From: an uncultured Candidatus Actinomarina sp.
GTDB taxonomy: Bacteria > Actinomycetota > Acidimicrobiia > Actinomarinales > Actinomarinaceae
Direction of reading: 5' to 3'
Assembly (NCBI GenBank): GCA_902510995.1
Contig: CABXDL010000004.1
Coordinates: 1,259 to 65,258, forward strand
Length of the DNA: 64,000 nucleotides
Below the pieces are notes generated by a model. That model did not search any database. It had not been told where the DNA came from and was given only the letters and a program-made list of their open reading frames with translations. Of this stretch, positions 38,140-47,868 are shown one piece after another. Numbering within the stretch: position 1 is the stretch's first letter; each line of letters starts with the position of its first letter. The position numbers were made by a program, and so were the translations under genes.

Positions 38140-39471
38140 TTAGCAAAAAAGAGTTTCGACTTGCTCTATAGAGTTTGGATGGGTAAATACTACTAGCTTA
38201 TCTTTAGCAGCAAATTTCCAAGTCCCAGAAGGAATAAATGTATTTTCCCTTCTTGTAACACCAGCGATTAAACAATTATCAGGAAGGTCAATTTCTGCAA
38301 TAGTTTTTTCTATTACTGGACATTCTTTACTTAATAATATTTCAAGAGCTTCTATATCAGTATCTTCAAATAATATGTCTAACGTTACTTGACTTGAACG
38401 TACATCTTGCAATATAGAATTGGCTGCAGCAATTCTTGTTGAAATTGTTGCTTGAATAGATGTTTCTTTTAATAGTTCAATGTAATCTATCTTATTTACT
38501 CTTGTGATTATCTCAGTTGCACCTAAAGCTTTGCCAACAAGAGAGCAAACTATATTTTTTGAGTCATCTTTACTTAGTGCAACGATTGCTGATTCCTCAT
38601 CAATACCTATATCAGTTAAATTATTCGGTACTTTTGGATCATTGCAAACAACAATAATATTTGAATTATTTTCAGCAATTCTATTACAGTCAGACTCTAT
38701 ATCATCAATAACAATAACTTCATATTCTTTGTGTAGTCGCCTTGCTAAAAGTTCAGAAGCTCTAGATGCACCTACAATTACAACTTTTTTAATTCTATTT
38801 TTTTCCTTAATGCCAAGTAATGAAAGAGCAGTTTGTATATCATTATTCTTTACAATTATTTTTACATGATCTTCTTCTTGAAGAAGTGTATTACCATTTG
38901 CAATAAGTGATTCTTTTTCTCTGACATAAGCGGTAACAAGCCAATTCTCTCTTCCACCAAATTCATGTATATCCATTAACTTCTTTCCAAGTAATGGAGA
39001 ATCTTTTGTAAGTACACCGCCAATAGATAACAACTCACCATTGCCAAATTCATAAATATCATAAATACCTGCTCGAGAGAGAAGTTTTTCAATCTCATCA
39101 CAAGCTTTATCAGAAGGATCTATTATTTGATCAATTTTTAATTCTTCGAGCTCATTTTTCATTGAACCATCTTGGACCCTAGCAAATGATTTTTTTGTAC
39201 CCATATTTTTTGCAATATAACAAGAAAGCATATTTACATTTTCATTGTCTGTTACTGCAATAATTAAATCTGTATCTTCAGCACCAGCCTCAATAAGAGA
39301 AGAGGGGCTTCCTCCATTTCCCTGTATAACTAAAGCATCTAAAGACGAGTTGAGTTCTTCAACTTTACTTTGGTTTTCTTCGATTAAAGTAACATTATGC
39401 TGTTCGCTAGAAAGCTTATTAGCTAAGAAGTTTCCTACTTCACCAGCCCCGACGATTATTATTTTTTTCAA
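38140..39471 (-). CDS. trkA: Trk system NAD-binding subunit (two RCK modules)
   Basis: IIIVGAGEVG and a second VVIVGASRA Rossmann motif. Adjacent to trkH. Confidence 0.9.
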   Translation of the reverse strand: MKKIIIVGAGEVGNFLANKLSSEQHNVTLIEENQSKVEELNSSLDALVIQGNGGSPSSLIEAGAEDTDLIIAVTDNENVNMLSCYIAKNMGTKKSFARVQDGSMKNELEELKIDQIIDPSDKACDEIEKLLSRAGIYDIYEFGNGELLSIGGVLTKDSPLLGKKLMDIHEFGGRENWLVTAYVREKESLIANGNTLLQEEDHVKIIVKNNDIQTALSLLGIKEKNRIKKVVIVGASRASELLARRLHKEYEVIVIDDIESDCNRIAENNSNIIVVCNDPKVPNNLTDIGIDEESAIVALSKDDSKNIVCSLVGKALGATEIITRVNKIDYIELLKETSIQATISTRIAAANSILQDVRSSQVTLDILFEDTDIEALEILLSKECPVIEKTIAEIDLPDNCLIAGVTRRENTFIPSGTWKFAAKDKLVVFTHPNSIEQVETLFC

Positions 39472-39535
39472 ATCAAATCTATCCTCATAATTAAGAATAG
39501 TGTCATTATTTTTTACATGGTAAGATATTTATTAA

Positions 39536-39895
39536 GTGTCGAAAGAAAAGAAAAATATAAGTAAGAACAACTTTTTTCTCGATAGTGTTATTGATGTTCT
39601 TCTAATCCAAAAATGTACAGATATTAAAGTTTTTGATCTTAAAGATAATAACTATACGGATATAGCTATATTATGCAATTCTAATTCAAAAGCTCAAATG
39701 AATGCATCAGTTAAAAAACTACATTTAATTGCAAAAGAAAACAATAAAGAATTTAATTCAGAAGGATTAAATTCAACCTGGGTATTAATTGAGTTCGGTA
39801 GCACAACGATACATTTTTTTACTGAAGAAGCGAGAGAATACTATAATTTGGAAGATTTGTATTTTGATAGCAATCTAGTAGATCAATATGCCTAG
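39536..39895 (+). CDS. rsfS: ribosome silencing factor RsfS
   Basis: 119 aa with an RsfS/iojap-like pattern (DI.V.DL......D..I...G.S..Q..A; WVL.D.G...IH.F....R.YY.LE.L). GTG start. Confidence 0.8.
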   Translation: MSKEKKNISKNNFFLDSVIDVLLIQKCTDIKVFDLKDNNYTDIAILCNSNSKAQMNASVKKLHLIAKENNKEFNSEGLNSTWVLIEFGSTTIHFFTEEAREYYNLEDLYFDSNLVDQYA

Positions 39896-39908
39896 TCTTT
39901 ATAATTAT

Positions 39909-39981
39909 GGGGCTGTAGCTCAGTTGGTAGAGCACGTGCATGGCATGCACGGGGTCAGGGGTTCAAATCCCCTCAGCTCCA
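39909..39981 (+). tRNA. tRNA-Ala (anticodon GGC)
   Basis: Acceptor GGGGCTG/CAGCTCC with the G3-U70 Ala identity pair, anticodon stem CGTGC/GCACG with loop ATGGCAT, T-loop TTCAAAT. Confidence 0.9.
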
Positions 39982-39990
39982 CAGAAACTG

Positions 39991-41220
39991 GTGAAATTTT
40001 TGTATATTAAAGAAATATATTTACAAACTAAAGAACTAATAGGTTCACAATTTTTGATTGCAGTAATTTCTGTTCTTCAAGTGTCTTATGTCGTTAAACA
40101 GTTGGGTGTAGAAAATTTTGGAACTGTGACTTTAATTATTACACTGCCTAGTTTAATATTTAGAGCCACGCATTCTAGAAATAGTGATGTTACTTTACTC
40201 GCATTAAAAAAAGGTCAGAATATTTTTACTGATTCATTATTTTTTGATTTTTTTATAGGACTGTTCTCCTTTACTGTTTGTTTTTTAACTTTTTATAGTG
40301 AGCTTGGACATTATTTTGGAATACAAAAAATAACCCCTATTATTTTGTTTTATTTGTTTTCAAGAATTGTTCAAACTTTTTCTGAGACTTCAAAAGCAAT
40401 TTTAATATTTAATGGGAAAATGAAAAGTTTTTCATTTCTAGAATTTATTACAGTTCTAATAAGATTTTTATCTATATTATTTTTATTTCGAGTTGACCCA
40501 AGCATTGAGAATTATCTTATTTCCCAAACAATTTATTCTTCCACTTATGGTTTACTAGGTATTTATTTAGCTACTAAATATGCCAAAATCCAGTTAATAA
40601 ATTTTGAATCATTGTCTATATATTTTAAAAGAATTAAAAAATCTTATGGAAAACTTAGGTTTGATCAAATAGTAGGTTTAATTCCTCAGCATTTAGATGT
40701 TATTCTTTTAGGTGTTATTAGTGATATCTCATCTGTTGGGATTTATAAATTTGCTAAAAAATTGATAGAGCCAATAAATTATATAGTTGTTACATTCAAC
40801 CCATGGTTACAAAATAAGCTAAAAGATTCATCTTCAAGTTTTGAAATCAATGTTTTTTTCAAAAAAATATTACTTCCATTAAGTTGTTTAATCTCAATAA
40901 TGTATGTGGGATTTGGCAAAAAAATAATTTCAATTCTTGGTTCAGATGAATTTAGCGATTCATATATACCAATGTTAATTTTGTTAATAGGTTTTATATT
41001 CTATCTTTATACATTTTGGATTAGACAGTATTTATTATTTAACGATTTGATTACTTTCCATGCTTATGGAAGGTTAATTTATTCTGGTGTGTTTTTATTA
41101 TTAGCAATTCCATTAGCTCAAATTTATTCATCAAGGGGAATTGCCATCTCATTATCTTCTGCGATGGTCTTACAAAAGTCCTACGAATATCTCATATATA
41201 AGAAAAAATTAAAATCATAA
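39991..41220 (+). CDS. polysaccharide/oligosaccharide flippase-like polytopic membrane protein (Wzx/MOP-like)
   Basis: About 410 aa with at least 10 hydrophobic helices, in a glycan-gene context. The ORF-track start at 39940 lies inside tRNA-Ala. GTG 39991 is the first start after the tRNA; the exact start is uncertain. Confidence 0.6.
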   Translation: MKFLYIKEIYLQTKELIGSQFLIAVISVLQVSYVVKQLGVENFGTVTLIITLPSLIFRATHSRNSDVTLLALKKGQNIFTDSLFFDFFIGLFSFTVCFLTFYSELGHYFGIQKITPIILFYLFSRIVQTFSETSKAILIFNGKMKSFSFLEFITVLIRFLSILFLFRVDPSIENYLISQTIYSSTYGLLGIYLATKYAKIQLINFESLSIYFKRIKKSYGKLRFDQIVGLIPQHLDVILLGVISDISSVGIYKFAKKLIEPINYIVVTFNPWLQNKLKDSSSSFEINVFFKKILLPLSCLISIMYVGFGKKIISILGSDEFSDSYIPMLILLIGFIFYLYTFWIRQYLLFNDLITFHAYGRLIYSGVFLLLAIPLAQIYSSRGIAISLSSAMVLQKSYEYLIYKKKLKS

Positions 41221-41245
41221 ATTATTCACCATTATCATAAAGACT

Positions 41246-42616
41246 ATGAAATTAAATAAAGATACTAATTATTTAATAGTTATATTTATTTCAATTATAT
41301 TTATTTTTCTTGATGCATATGAAATATTTTCTATTCCAATTTCATGGATAGGGATGAGTTTATTACTAGCCTTGTCTTTAATTGAATACAAGAATCTTTT
41401 TACTAAAAATACAAAAGATATTTTATTATTTTTACTTTCTATTGTTTTAATTCCTCAAGTTTTTTATTTAGTATTTTTTGATTCAAGCATCTCTGACTTG
41501 GTTTATATTTTCTTAAGACTTTTTAATTTGGTATCATTTTTTACTGTACTTTTTTTCACTCTTTATTTTTTACAAAATAAAAAATTAGATTTATTTCTTA
41601 AATATACAAAATACTTAATTTATTTTTTTTCAATAACAACTATATACATATTCGTAGCTCAAATATTTGACCTGTATGAGCCTTTAAGGAATAGATCCAA
41701 TACAAATATATATGGTGAATCTATGCAGTCTATATTTTGGTTATCGGAACCTCATAGAGCTATGGGTACTTTTAGAGAACCCGTTTTTTTAGTTACTTTT
41801 TTCTTTCCTATTGTTCTTTTATATTTACATAAAACAAATAGAAAAAATTTTCTTATTCCTGTTGTTTCAGGTATAGCATTGGGTCTTACAAGAAGTAATT
41901 ATGTAAAATTATTTTGTATTATCTTTTTAGTTTTTTTATTAATTCAATATTTACTTAAAAGAGAAATAAAATTTGAGTTTATTATTTTTTTCGGTTTGAT
42001 TATTGTTTTCTCTACTTTTGGTGTATTTGAATGTAATTTGAACCCTGAAAGTATTGAGTGCTTGGAATATCAAGAGGATGTTGAGAATATGAATAGTTCT
42101 GGAGAAATAAAAATTGATTCAAATATTGACGAACCAGTTGTTGAACTAGGAAATGATAGAATCAACGTCATTAAATATTTTTTATCATCAATAAAATTTG
42201 TTAATCCTGAAAGCTTTAGCAATGTTAATTCAGATTTTCAGTCGTATTCCTCTCTAAAGGTTAATGAGGAGATGTATTTCTCTAACAGAACTTTACCCAA
42301 GTATTTACTTCAGAGATATAGTACTGAAAATTTTGGCACAGGAAATTACTCTCTAATTAAATACAAGATAAATGTACAAAACTTATTTGTATTTTACACA
42401 CAAGCTTTAGGAATTATTTTTCCTCTATTCTTATTTCTATCTATCTTTCATTTTCTTTATACAAAAAAAATTAATTTGAAGAGTATGTTTTTACTTCTTG
42501 TAATTTTATTTTTCTTCGTTAGTCCTATTGAAGAAGTTAATTCATACTACGGTTTAATTATTGGTATAACATATAATTTTCTTTTTAAAGATAGAATTAC
42601 ATATGAACAAATATAA
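41246..42616 (+). CDS. O-antigen ligase/polymerase-like (Wzy_C-type) polytopic membrane protein
   Basis: 456 aa, many TM helices, GLTRSNYVKLF (S/T-R-x motif typical of Wzy_C), and a roughly 110-aa hydrophilic loop. Confidence 0.55.
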   Translation: MKLNKDTNYLIVIFISIIFIFLDAYEIFSIPISWIGMSLLLALSLIEYKNLFTKNTKDILLFLLSIVLIPQVFYLVFFDSSISDLVYIFLRLFNLVSFFTVLFFTLYFLQNKKLDLFLKYTKYLIYFFSITTIYIFVAQIFDLYEPLRNRSNTNIYGESMQSIFWLSEPHRAMGTFREPVFLVTFFFPIVLLYLHKTNRKNFLIPVVSGIALGLTRSNYVKLFCIIFLVFLLIQYLLKREIKFEFIIFFGLIIVFSTFGVFECNLNPESIECLEYQEDVENMNSSGEIKIDSNIDEPVVELGNDRINVIKYFLSSIKFVNPESFSNVNSDFQSYSSLKVNEEMYFSNRTLPKYLLQRYSTENFGTGNYSLIKYKINVQNLFVFYTQALGIIFPLFLFLSIFHFLYTKKINLKSMFLLLVILFFFVSPIEEVNSYYGLIIGITYNFLFKDRITYEQI

Positions 42617-43670
42617 TTTTTCAGCTGGACCAGCAAGACTTCACCCTTCCGTGATAAAGAAAGCAAATGAATCAATAATTAATTATCAAGATTCAGGAAT
42701 GTCTATATTAGAAATTTCGCACAGAAGTAAAGAGTACAAAGAAATGATGGAAAAATTAAAAATAAATTTAACCAAACTATTCAATATTCCGGACAATTAT
42801 TTCATTCTATTCCTACAAGGTGGAGCGACCTATCAAAATAGTTTTTTGTCTTACAACTATGGTGTTGAAAATAATGTTGGTTGTCTTGTAACTGGAGAGT
42901 GGAGCAAAAAAACACATCAAGACTTTAGGCTAGTAAGAGAAACAGAAAGCATAAATATAGACCATTCAAAAATTGAAGAGTTATTATCAAAAGATAATAG
43001 TCAATACTTCAAAGATTTAGATTATCTACATGTAACTTCAAATGAAACAATCAACGGTATTCAAATAAGAGATTTTAAAAATATAAAACACCCATCACTT
43101 ATTGTTGATATGTCATCAGATATTGGATCTTATAAATTTGATTGGGATAATTTAAGATATATTTATGGAGGAGCTCAAAAAAATATGGGAATACCTGGTG
43201 TAACCATATGCATAGGTGACGAAACTCATTTACCTAAAATAGACAACCCTTCTTATTTAAATTTAAAGAAATTATCAGATAACGACTCTGTTTTGAATAC
43301 GCCATCAACGTTCTCTGTTTATATACTCTACCTAGTTAGTGAGTGGATGATAAAATCTGGGGGTGTAGATTTTTTTGAAACACAATCAAAAAAACATTCA
43401 AGTCTTCTTTACGAGCAACTTGAAACATACTCTGAAAAGATACTATTGCCGATTTCTAAATTTGCTAGAAGTAGGTCAAATATAATATTTAACTTTATAG
43501 ATAATTCTTTAGAAGAAGAATTTTTAAGTGAAGCTGAAAAACACAATATTGTAGGAATCCAAGGACATAGAAGTGTTGGAGGCATAAGAATAAGTCTTTA
43601 TAATGCTGTAGATTCTGAAATGGTAAATTACTTATCAGACTTTATTTCTAGATTTTTTGACAAAAAATGA
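42603..43670 (+). CDS. serC: phosphoserine aminotransferase (E. coli/Bacillus-type SerC)
   Basis: YNFSAGPARLHPSV, MSILEISHRSKEY, FLQGGAT.Q and GHRSVGGIRISLYNA. Confidence 0.88.
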   Translation: MNKYNFSAGPARLHPSVIKKANESIINYQDSGMSILEISHRSKEYKEMMEKLKINLTKLFNIPDNYFILFLQGGATYQNSFLSYNYGVENNVGCLVTGEWSKKTHQDFRLVRETESINIDHSKIEELLSKDNSQYFKDLDYLHVTSNETINGIQIRDFKNIKHPSLIVDMSSDIGSYKFDWDNLRYIYGGAQKNMGIPGVTICIGDETHLPKIDNPSYLNLKKLSDNDSVLNTPSTFSVYILYLVSEWMIKSGGVDFFETQSKKHSSLLYEQLETYSEKILLPISKFARSRSNIIFNFIDNSLEEEFLSEAEKHNIVGIQGHRSVGGIRISLYNAVDSEMVNYLSDFISRFFDKK

Positions 43671-44326
43671 AAATTAGTAAAATTTCTAGCTACGAATTTA
43701 AAGAATATAATGTTACAGGAGTTGAAGCTGAAATAAATTTTTCAAAAAAAAATAATTTAAAAATTATTTTACATGAAGAATTAGCAACCCCAATTGAAGA
43801 TCAGGACACTAAATTAATTAATGAATTCGAACCTTTGTTGTTCTCTGTTGATATGGAAACATTACAATTGCTTGAGAGTAAAGAGTTAGATATTGATTTA
43901 CTAACTCTCCTTGATGGTCATCATAGGTTTGATTTCATATCTCGGAACAACATAGACGCACCAATCAAAGTTATCATTGTTTCTTCTGAAGACGTGAACA
44001 TTGAATCTTATCTTTCTGAAATAAATATTGAAAAAGCTTACTTTATGAATATTTTAGAAAGTAAAAACTTTACAACTAATTCAAATTCAAAATTTTATTT
44101 AAAAATAGATAATGATATTTTCTCTTCAAAAGAAATATTAGATATTTATGATTTATATAACTTTAAGAGAGAATGTTTTCAAAATGGCTTTATTAGTCCT
44201 TTTGCAAACGATAACGACATAAATAGTCAAAATATCTTAAGTTTCACATCTATTAAATTAAATGAATTCTATAAAGAAAACTATCTCTTTCCTCCTAAAT
44301 CAACCTGGATAACACCTAGAATTTAA
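43667..44326 (+). CDS. hypothetical protein with DGHHR (ParB/Srx-fold-like) motif and C-terminal PPKSTWITPRI
   Basis: 219 aa. ATGA overlap with serC. LLDGHHRF at nt 43913-43927. The C-terminal KST..P(K/R) motif resembles, from memory, the DUF1015 family. Confidence 0.6.
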   Translation: MKISKISSYEFKEYNVTGVEAEINFSKKNNLKIILHEELATPIEDQDTKLINEFEPLLFSVDMETLQLLESKELDIDLLTLLDGHHRFDFISRNNIDAPIKVIIVSSEDVNIESYLSEINIEKAYFMNILESKNFTTNSNSKFYLKIDNDIFSSKEILDIYDLYNFKRECFQNGFISPFANDNDINSQNILSFTSIKLNEFYKENYLFPPKSTWITPRI

Positions 44327-44333
44327 GATTAAT

Positions 44334-45440
44334 ATGTTAATTTGTCATGTAATTAATTCGCTTAATAGGGGTGGGGCAGAGACCCATCTACTTGATTTAA
44401 TTAAAGAACAATTACAAAATGACTATTCGTTAAAAATAGTTGCTATAGGTCCAGACACTAAAAATATAATTTCAATTGAGAGTGAGTTAAAAAATTTAGG
44501 AGTAGAGATTAAAAGACTAAATGGTCCTAGAATGTTTAATGTCCTTTCTTATTTTTCACTTGCTGCTTTTATAAAAAAACAAGGTTTTGAATTAATACAT
44601 TCACATCAACCAAGAAGTGATTTTATGATATTTCTTTTAAAAAAAATTTCACGCAACATTTCTAATGTTAGATGGATCGTTAGTGTTCACGGGAAACATG
44701 ATACATATTTGGAAAAAAATATAATCAGTAATAATTTTCGAAAAATATTTATGAAAAGATTATCTAAGTGTTGGGAAAATGCTTCATCAGTAATAGCAAT
44801 TTCTGATGAAGTAAAAGAATGGATTATCAATTTAAATTCTTCTCTAAATGTTGTTGTTATTCCATATTGGGTAAATAAAAATATACCAAAAGAAATAGAC
44901 ACAAATAACTTAACACTAGGTTTCCTTGGAAGGTTAAATAAAAACAAGGGAATCGAAGATTTCCTAGAAGCTCTTAATAGTATTAATTTAAATGAAAATA
45001 ATTTAAAGGTAAATATTGGGGGCTATGGTAACAATGATTATATTAATAAGTTAGTCAGAACTATCGATGATAATAATACGACTAATATTAATTTTCTTGG
45101 GTATGTAGAAGATAGGAAGAAATTTTTTAACGAAGTAGACATTTTTGTTTTCCCATCGTATTCAGAGGGTTTAGGTTTAGTTCTGCTTGAGGCTATGAGT
45201 TATTCAAAAATATGCTTAACAAGAGATATTAAGCCCATGAATACCTATATAGATAGTGATACAGGATATTTATTTGAAAATGTAGATTCTTTAATTGATA
45301 AATTAAATTTGGCTATAAATGATTTAAAAAAAGATTATTCTGTTATTGAAAATAAGTTGTCTAATATTGATAAGAAATTAGAAAAATCAAGGGTGGAAAA
45401 AATATTTCCAAAGTTTCAGGAAGTTTATAGATATGAATAA
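44334..45440 (+). CDS. GT4-family glycosyltransferase
   Basis: RGGAETH near the N-terminus and FPS..EGLGLVLLEAMS (E-x7-E region). Confidence 0.85.
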   Translation: MLICHVINSLNRGGAETHLLDLIKEQLQNDYSLKIVAIGPDTKNIISIESELKNLGVEIKRLNGPRMFNVLSYFSLAAFIKKQGFELIHSHQPRSDFMIFLLKKISRNISNVRWIVSVHGKHDTYLEKNIISNNFRKIFMKRLSKCWENASSVIAISDEVKEWIINLNSSLNVVVIPYWVNKNIPKEIDTNNLTLGFLGRLNKNKGIEDFLEALNSINLNENNLKVNIGGYGNNDYINKLVRTIDDNNTTNINFLGYVEDRKKFFNEVDIFVFPSYSEGLGLVLLEAMSYSKICLTRDIKPMNTYIDSDTGYLFENVDSLIDKLNLAINDLKKDYSVIENKLSNIDKKLEKSRVEKIFPKFQEVYRYE

Positions 45441-47868
45441 TTTTGATTTTGAAAAAATTGAAGAGAAATGGCAGAATTACTGGTCTAGTAACAAGATTAT
45501 TGAATGCGACCTTGATTCAGAAAAACCTAAGTTCTACAACCTTTGTATGTATCCATATCCATCAGGTGATCTACACATGGGTCATGTTAGAAACTATACA
45601 ATTGGTGATGTTATTACTAGATATAAATTATTAAATGGTTTTAATGTTTTATCTCCAATGGGTTGGGATTCATTCGGTTTACCAGCTGAAAATGCAGCAA
45701 TTAAAACTGGGATTCATCCAAGAGAATTTACCGAAGAGAGAATTACAAATATGAAAGATCAAATAATTCGACTCGGGTCACTTTATGACTGGGAAAGAGA
45801 ACTAGCTGCCCACTCTGAAGATTATTACAAATGGACACAGTATCTTTTTATTAAACTGTACGAAGCTGATTTAGCTTATAAAAAAGATGCACCGGTTAAT
45901 TGGTGTAATTCATGTAAGACTGTATTAGCAAACGAACAGGTTGTAGATGGGAACTGTGAGAGATGTGAAACAGAAGTTATTCAAAAAAATCTAAATCAGT
46001 GGTTTCTAAAAATTTCAAATTATTCTGAAGAGTTGTTAACTGGATTAGAGAAAATCGGAAATTGGCCTGAAAATGTTAAAACTATGCAAAAAAATTGGAT
46101 AGGAAAGTCAGAAGGTGCACAATTCGAATTAAAAGTCAGTGGTTCTGATATTTTATTTGAAGTTTTTACCACAAGACCAGATACTCTTTTTGGCATGACA
46201 TTCGCAGTTATTTCTCCTGAACATGAACTTATGGAAAACATATTAAAAATTTCTGATAATAAAAATCAGATTAAAGAATATATAGAAAAAGCAAAGTCTA
46301 AGTCGGAATTTGAAAGGATGTCAATTACAAAAGAGAAATCAGGTGTAGATACACACTTAAAAGTTATAAACCCTATGACCAACGAAGAAGTTCCACTATG
46401 GATTGCTGATTATGTATTAATTAATTACGGAACAGGTGCAATAATGGCAGTACCAGCACATGATCAAAGAGACTATGACTTTGCAAAAAAATATAATATA
46501 GAAATTCGACAAGTAATCATGAATAAAGAGTCACAAAAAAATGTAGAGATAGAAGCCTATGTTGAAGAAGGGGTATTAATTAACTCAGGAGAATTTAATG
46601 ATCTAAATTCTCATACAGAGGCGAGTCAGAAAATCATTCAGTATTTAGAAAAAAACAAAATGGGAGATAAAAAAACTACATTTAGACTAAGAGATTGGTT
46701 GATAAGCAGACAAAGGTACTGGGGTTGCCCGATACCATTAATCAATTGCGAAGAATGTGGACTAGTAGCTGAAGATATAAAAAATCTTCCAGTTCTTCTT
46801 CCAGAAATTGAAAATTATTTAAATACAGATGGGTCTCCTCTTTCAAAGAGTGAGGAATTTGTAAATGTTGAATGTCCAAAATGTAACAAACCAGGGTTAA
46901 GGGAAACAGATACCATGGACACTTTTGTTGACTCTTCTTGGTATTTTTTGCGTTTTTTGGATCCTAAAAACTCAGAAGAGCCTTTTAAATCTAAGTTTAT
47001 AAATGATTGGCTTCCAGTTGATCAATATATAGGTGGAGTTGAACATGCTATATTACATTTACTGTATTCAAGATTTTTTGTTAAAGCTTTAAGAGATTTA
47101 AAAATGATTGACGTTGACGAACCTTTTAACAATTTATTTTCTCAGGGAATGATAAATTTTGAAGGAGCAAAAATGTCGAAATCAAAGGGTAATATTGTTG
47201 ACCCAGAAGGATATTTTAAATCACACGGAGCTGATGCTTTAAGGCTGTATATTTTATTTATGGCTCCTCCAAGTGACGGTGTAGATTGGAACGATGGTGG
47301 TATTGAAGGGACTAAACGATTTTTGAATAAATTATGGGAAAATTTGGCTCAAATAATTGACATGAAGGTTGAAGAAAACAACATTGATGAATCTGGAACA
47401 GAAATTGAAAGGCAATTGAATCAATCAATAGAGTCTATAACTAACCACCTGGAGAAGTTTGAATTTAATACTGCAGTATCAGATTTAATGATTTTAAATA
47501 ATAATCTTTCTAGTTATTTAAATAATACTGAATTGATAAGTTCCGATCTTAAAGACCAAATCATTAGGGATGTATGTTTATTGATATATCCTTTAGCCCC
47601 TCATTTTGGGTCAGAAATATACAATAACTATTTTAATGATGAAATTAGCAAAGAAGATTGGGTAAAACCTAATAAAGAGAAATTAACTAATCCAACATAT
47701 GAATTGGTGATTCAAATTAATGGAAAAAAGAAAAATGCTATTGAAGTTGATAGAGGCACTACTCAAGAACAAGCTGAAGAAATCTGTAAAACTAAATTTA
47801 ACATAGAAATTAATGACGCAAAAAAAGTCATCTTCTTGGAAGACAAGTTAATAAATATAGTAGTTTAA
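45433..47868 (+). CDS. leuS: leucine--tRNA ligase
   Basis: 811 aa. YPSGDLHMGHVRNY (HIGH) and KMSKSKGN. 8-nt overlap with the GT4 gene. Confidence 0.95.
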   Translation: MNNFDFEKIEEKWQNYWSSNKIIECDLDSEKPKFYNLCMYPYPSGDLHMGHVRNYTIGDVITRYKLLNGFNVLSPMGWDSFGLPAENAAIKTGIHPREFTEERITNMKDQIIRLGSLYDWERELAAHSEDYYKWTQYLFIKLYEADLAYKKDAPVNWCNSCKTVLANEQVVDGNCERCETEVIQKNLNQWFLKISNYSEELLTGLEKIGNWPENVKTMQKNWIGKSEGAQFELKVSGSDILFEVFTTRPDTLFGMTFAVISPEHELMENILKISDNKNQIKEYIEKAKSKSEFERMSITKEKSGVDTHLKVINPMTNEEVPLWIADYVLINYGTGAIMAVPAHDQRDYDFAKKYNIEIRQVIMNKESQKNVEIEAYVEEGVLINSGEFNDLNSHTEASQKIIQYLEKNKMGDKKTTFRLRDWLISRQRYWGCPIPLINCEECGLVAEDIKNLPVLLPEIENYLNTDGSPLSKSEEFVNVECPKCNKPGLRETDTMDTFVDSSWYFLRFLDPKNSEEPFKSKFINDWLPVDQYIGGVEHAILHLLYSRFFVKALRDLKMIDVDEPFNNLFSQGMINFEGAKMSKSKGNIVDPEGYFKSHGADALRLYILFMAPPSDGVDWNDGGIEGTKRFLNKLWENLAQIIDMKVEENNIDESGTEIERQLNQSIESITNHLEKFEFNTAVSDLMILNNNLSSYLNNTELISSDLKDQIIRDVCLLIYPLAPHFGSEIYNNYFNDEISKEDWVKPNKEKLTNPTYELVIQINGKKKNAIEVDRGTTQEQAEEICKTKFNIEINDAKKVIFLEDKLINIVV

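Noticed and set aside
39940-39990. ORF-track start of the flippase-like ORF (MACTGSGVQIPSAPQ...)
   Set aside because: It lies inside tRNA-Ala (39909-39981). The start was moved to the first start codon after the tRNA, and its exact position is uncertain.
39909-45440. tRNA-Ala-adjacent glycan module as an integrated mobile element
   Set aside because: There is no integrase or recombinase, I could spot no duplicated tRNA 3' fragment, and the last gene overlaps leuS. It is kept as a possible variable island, not as a mobile element.
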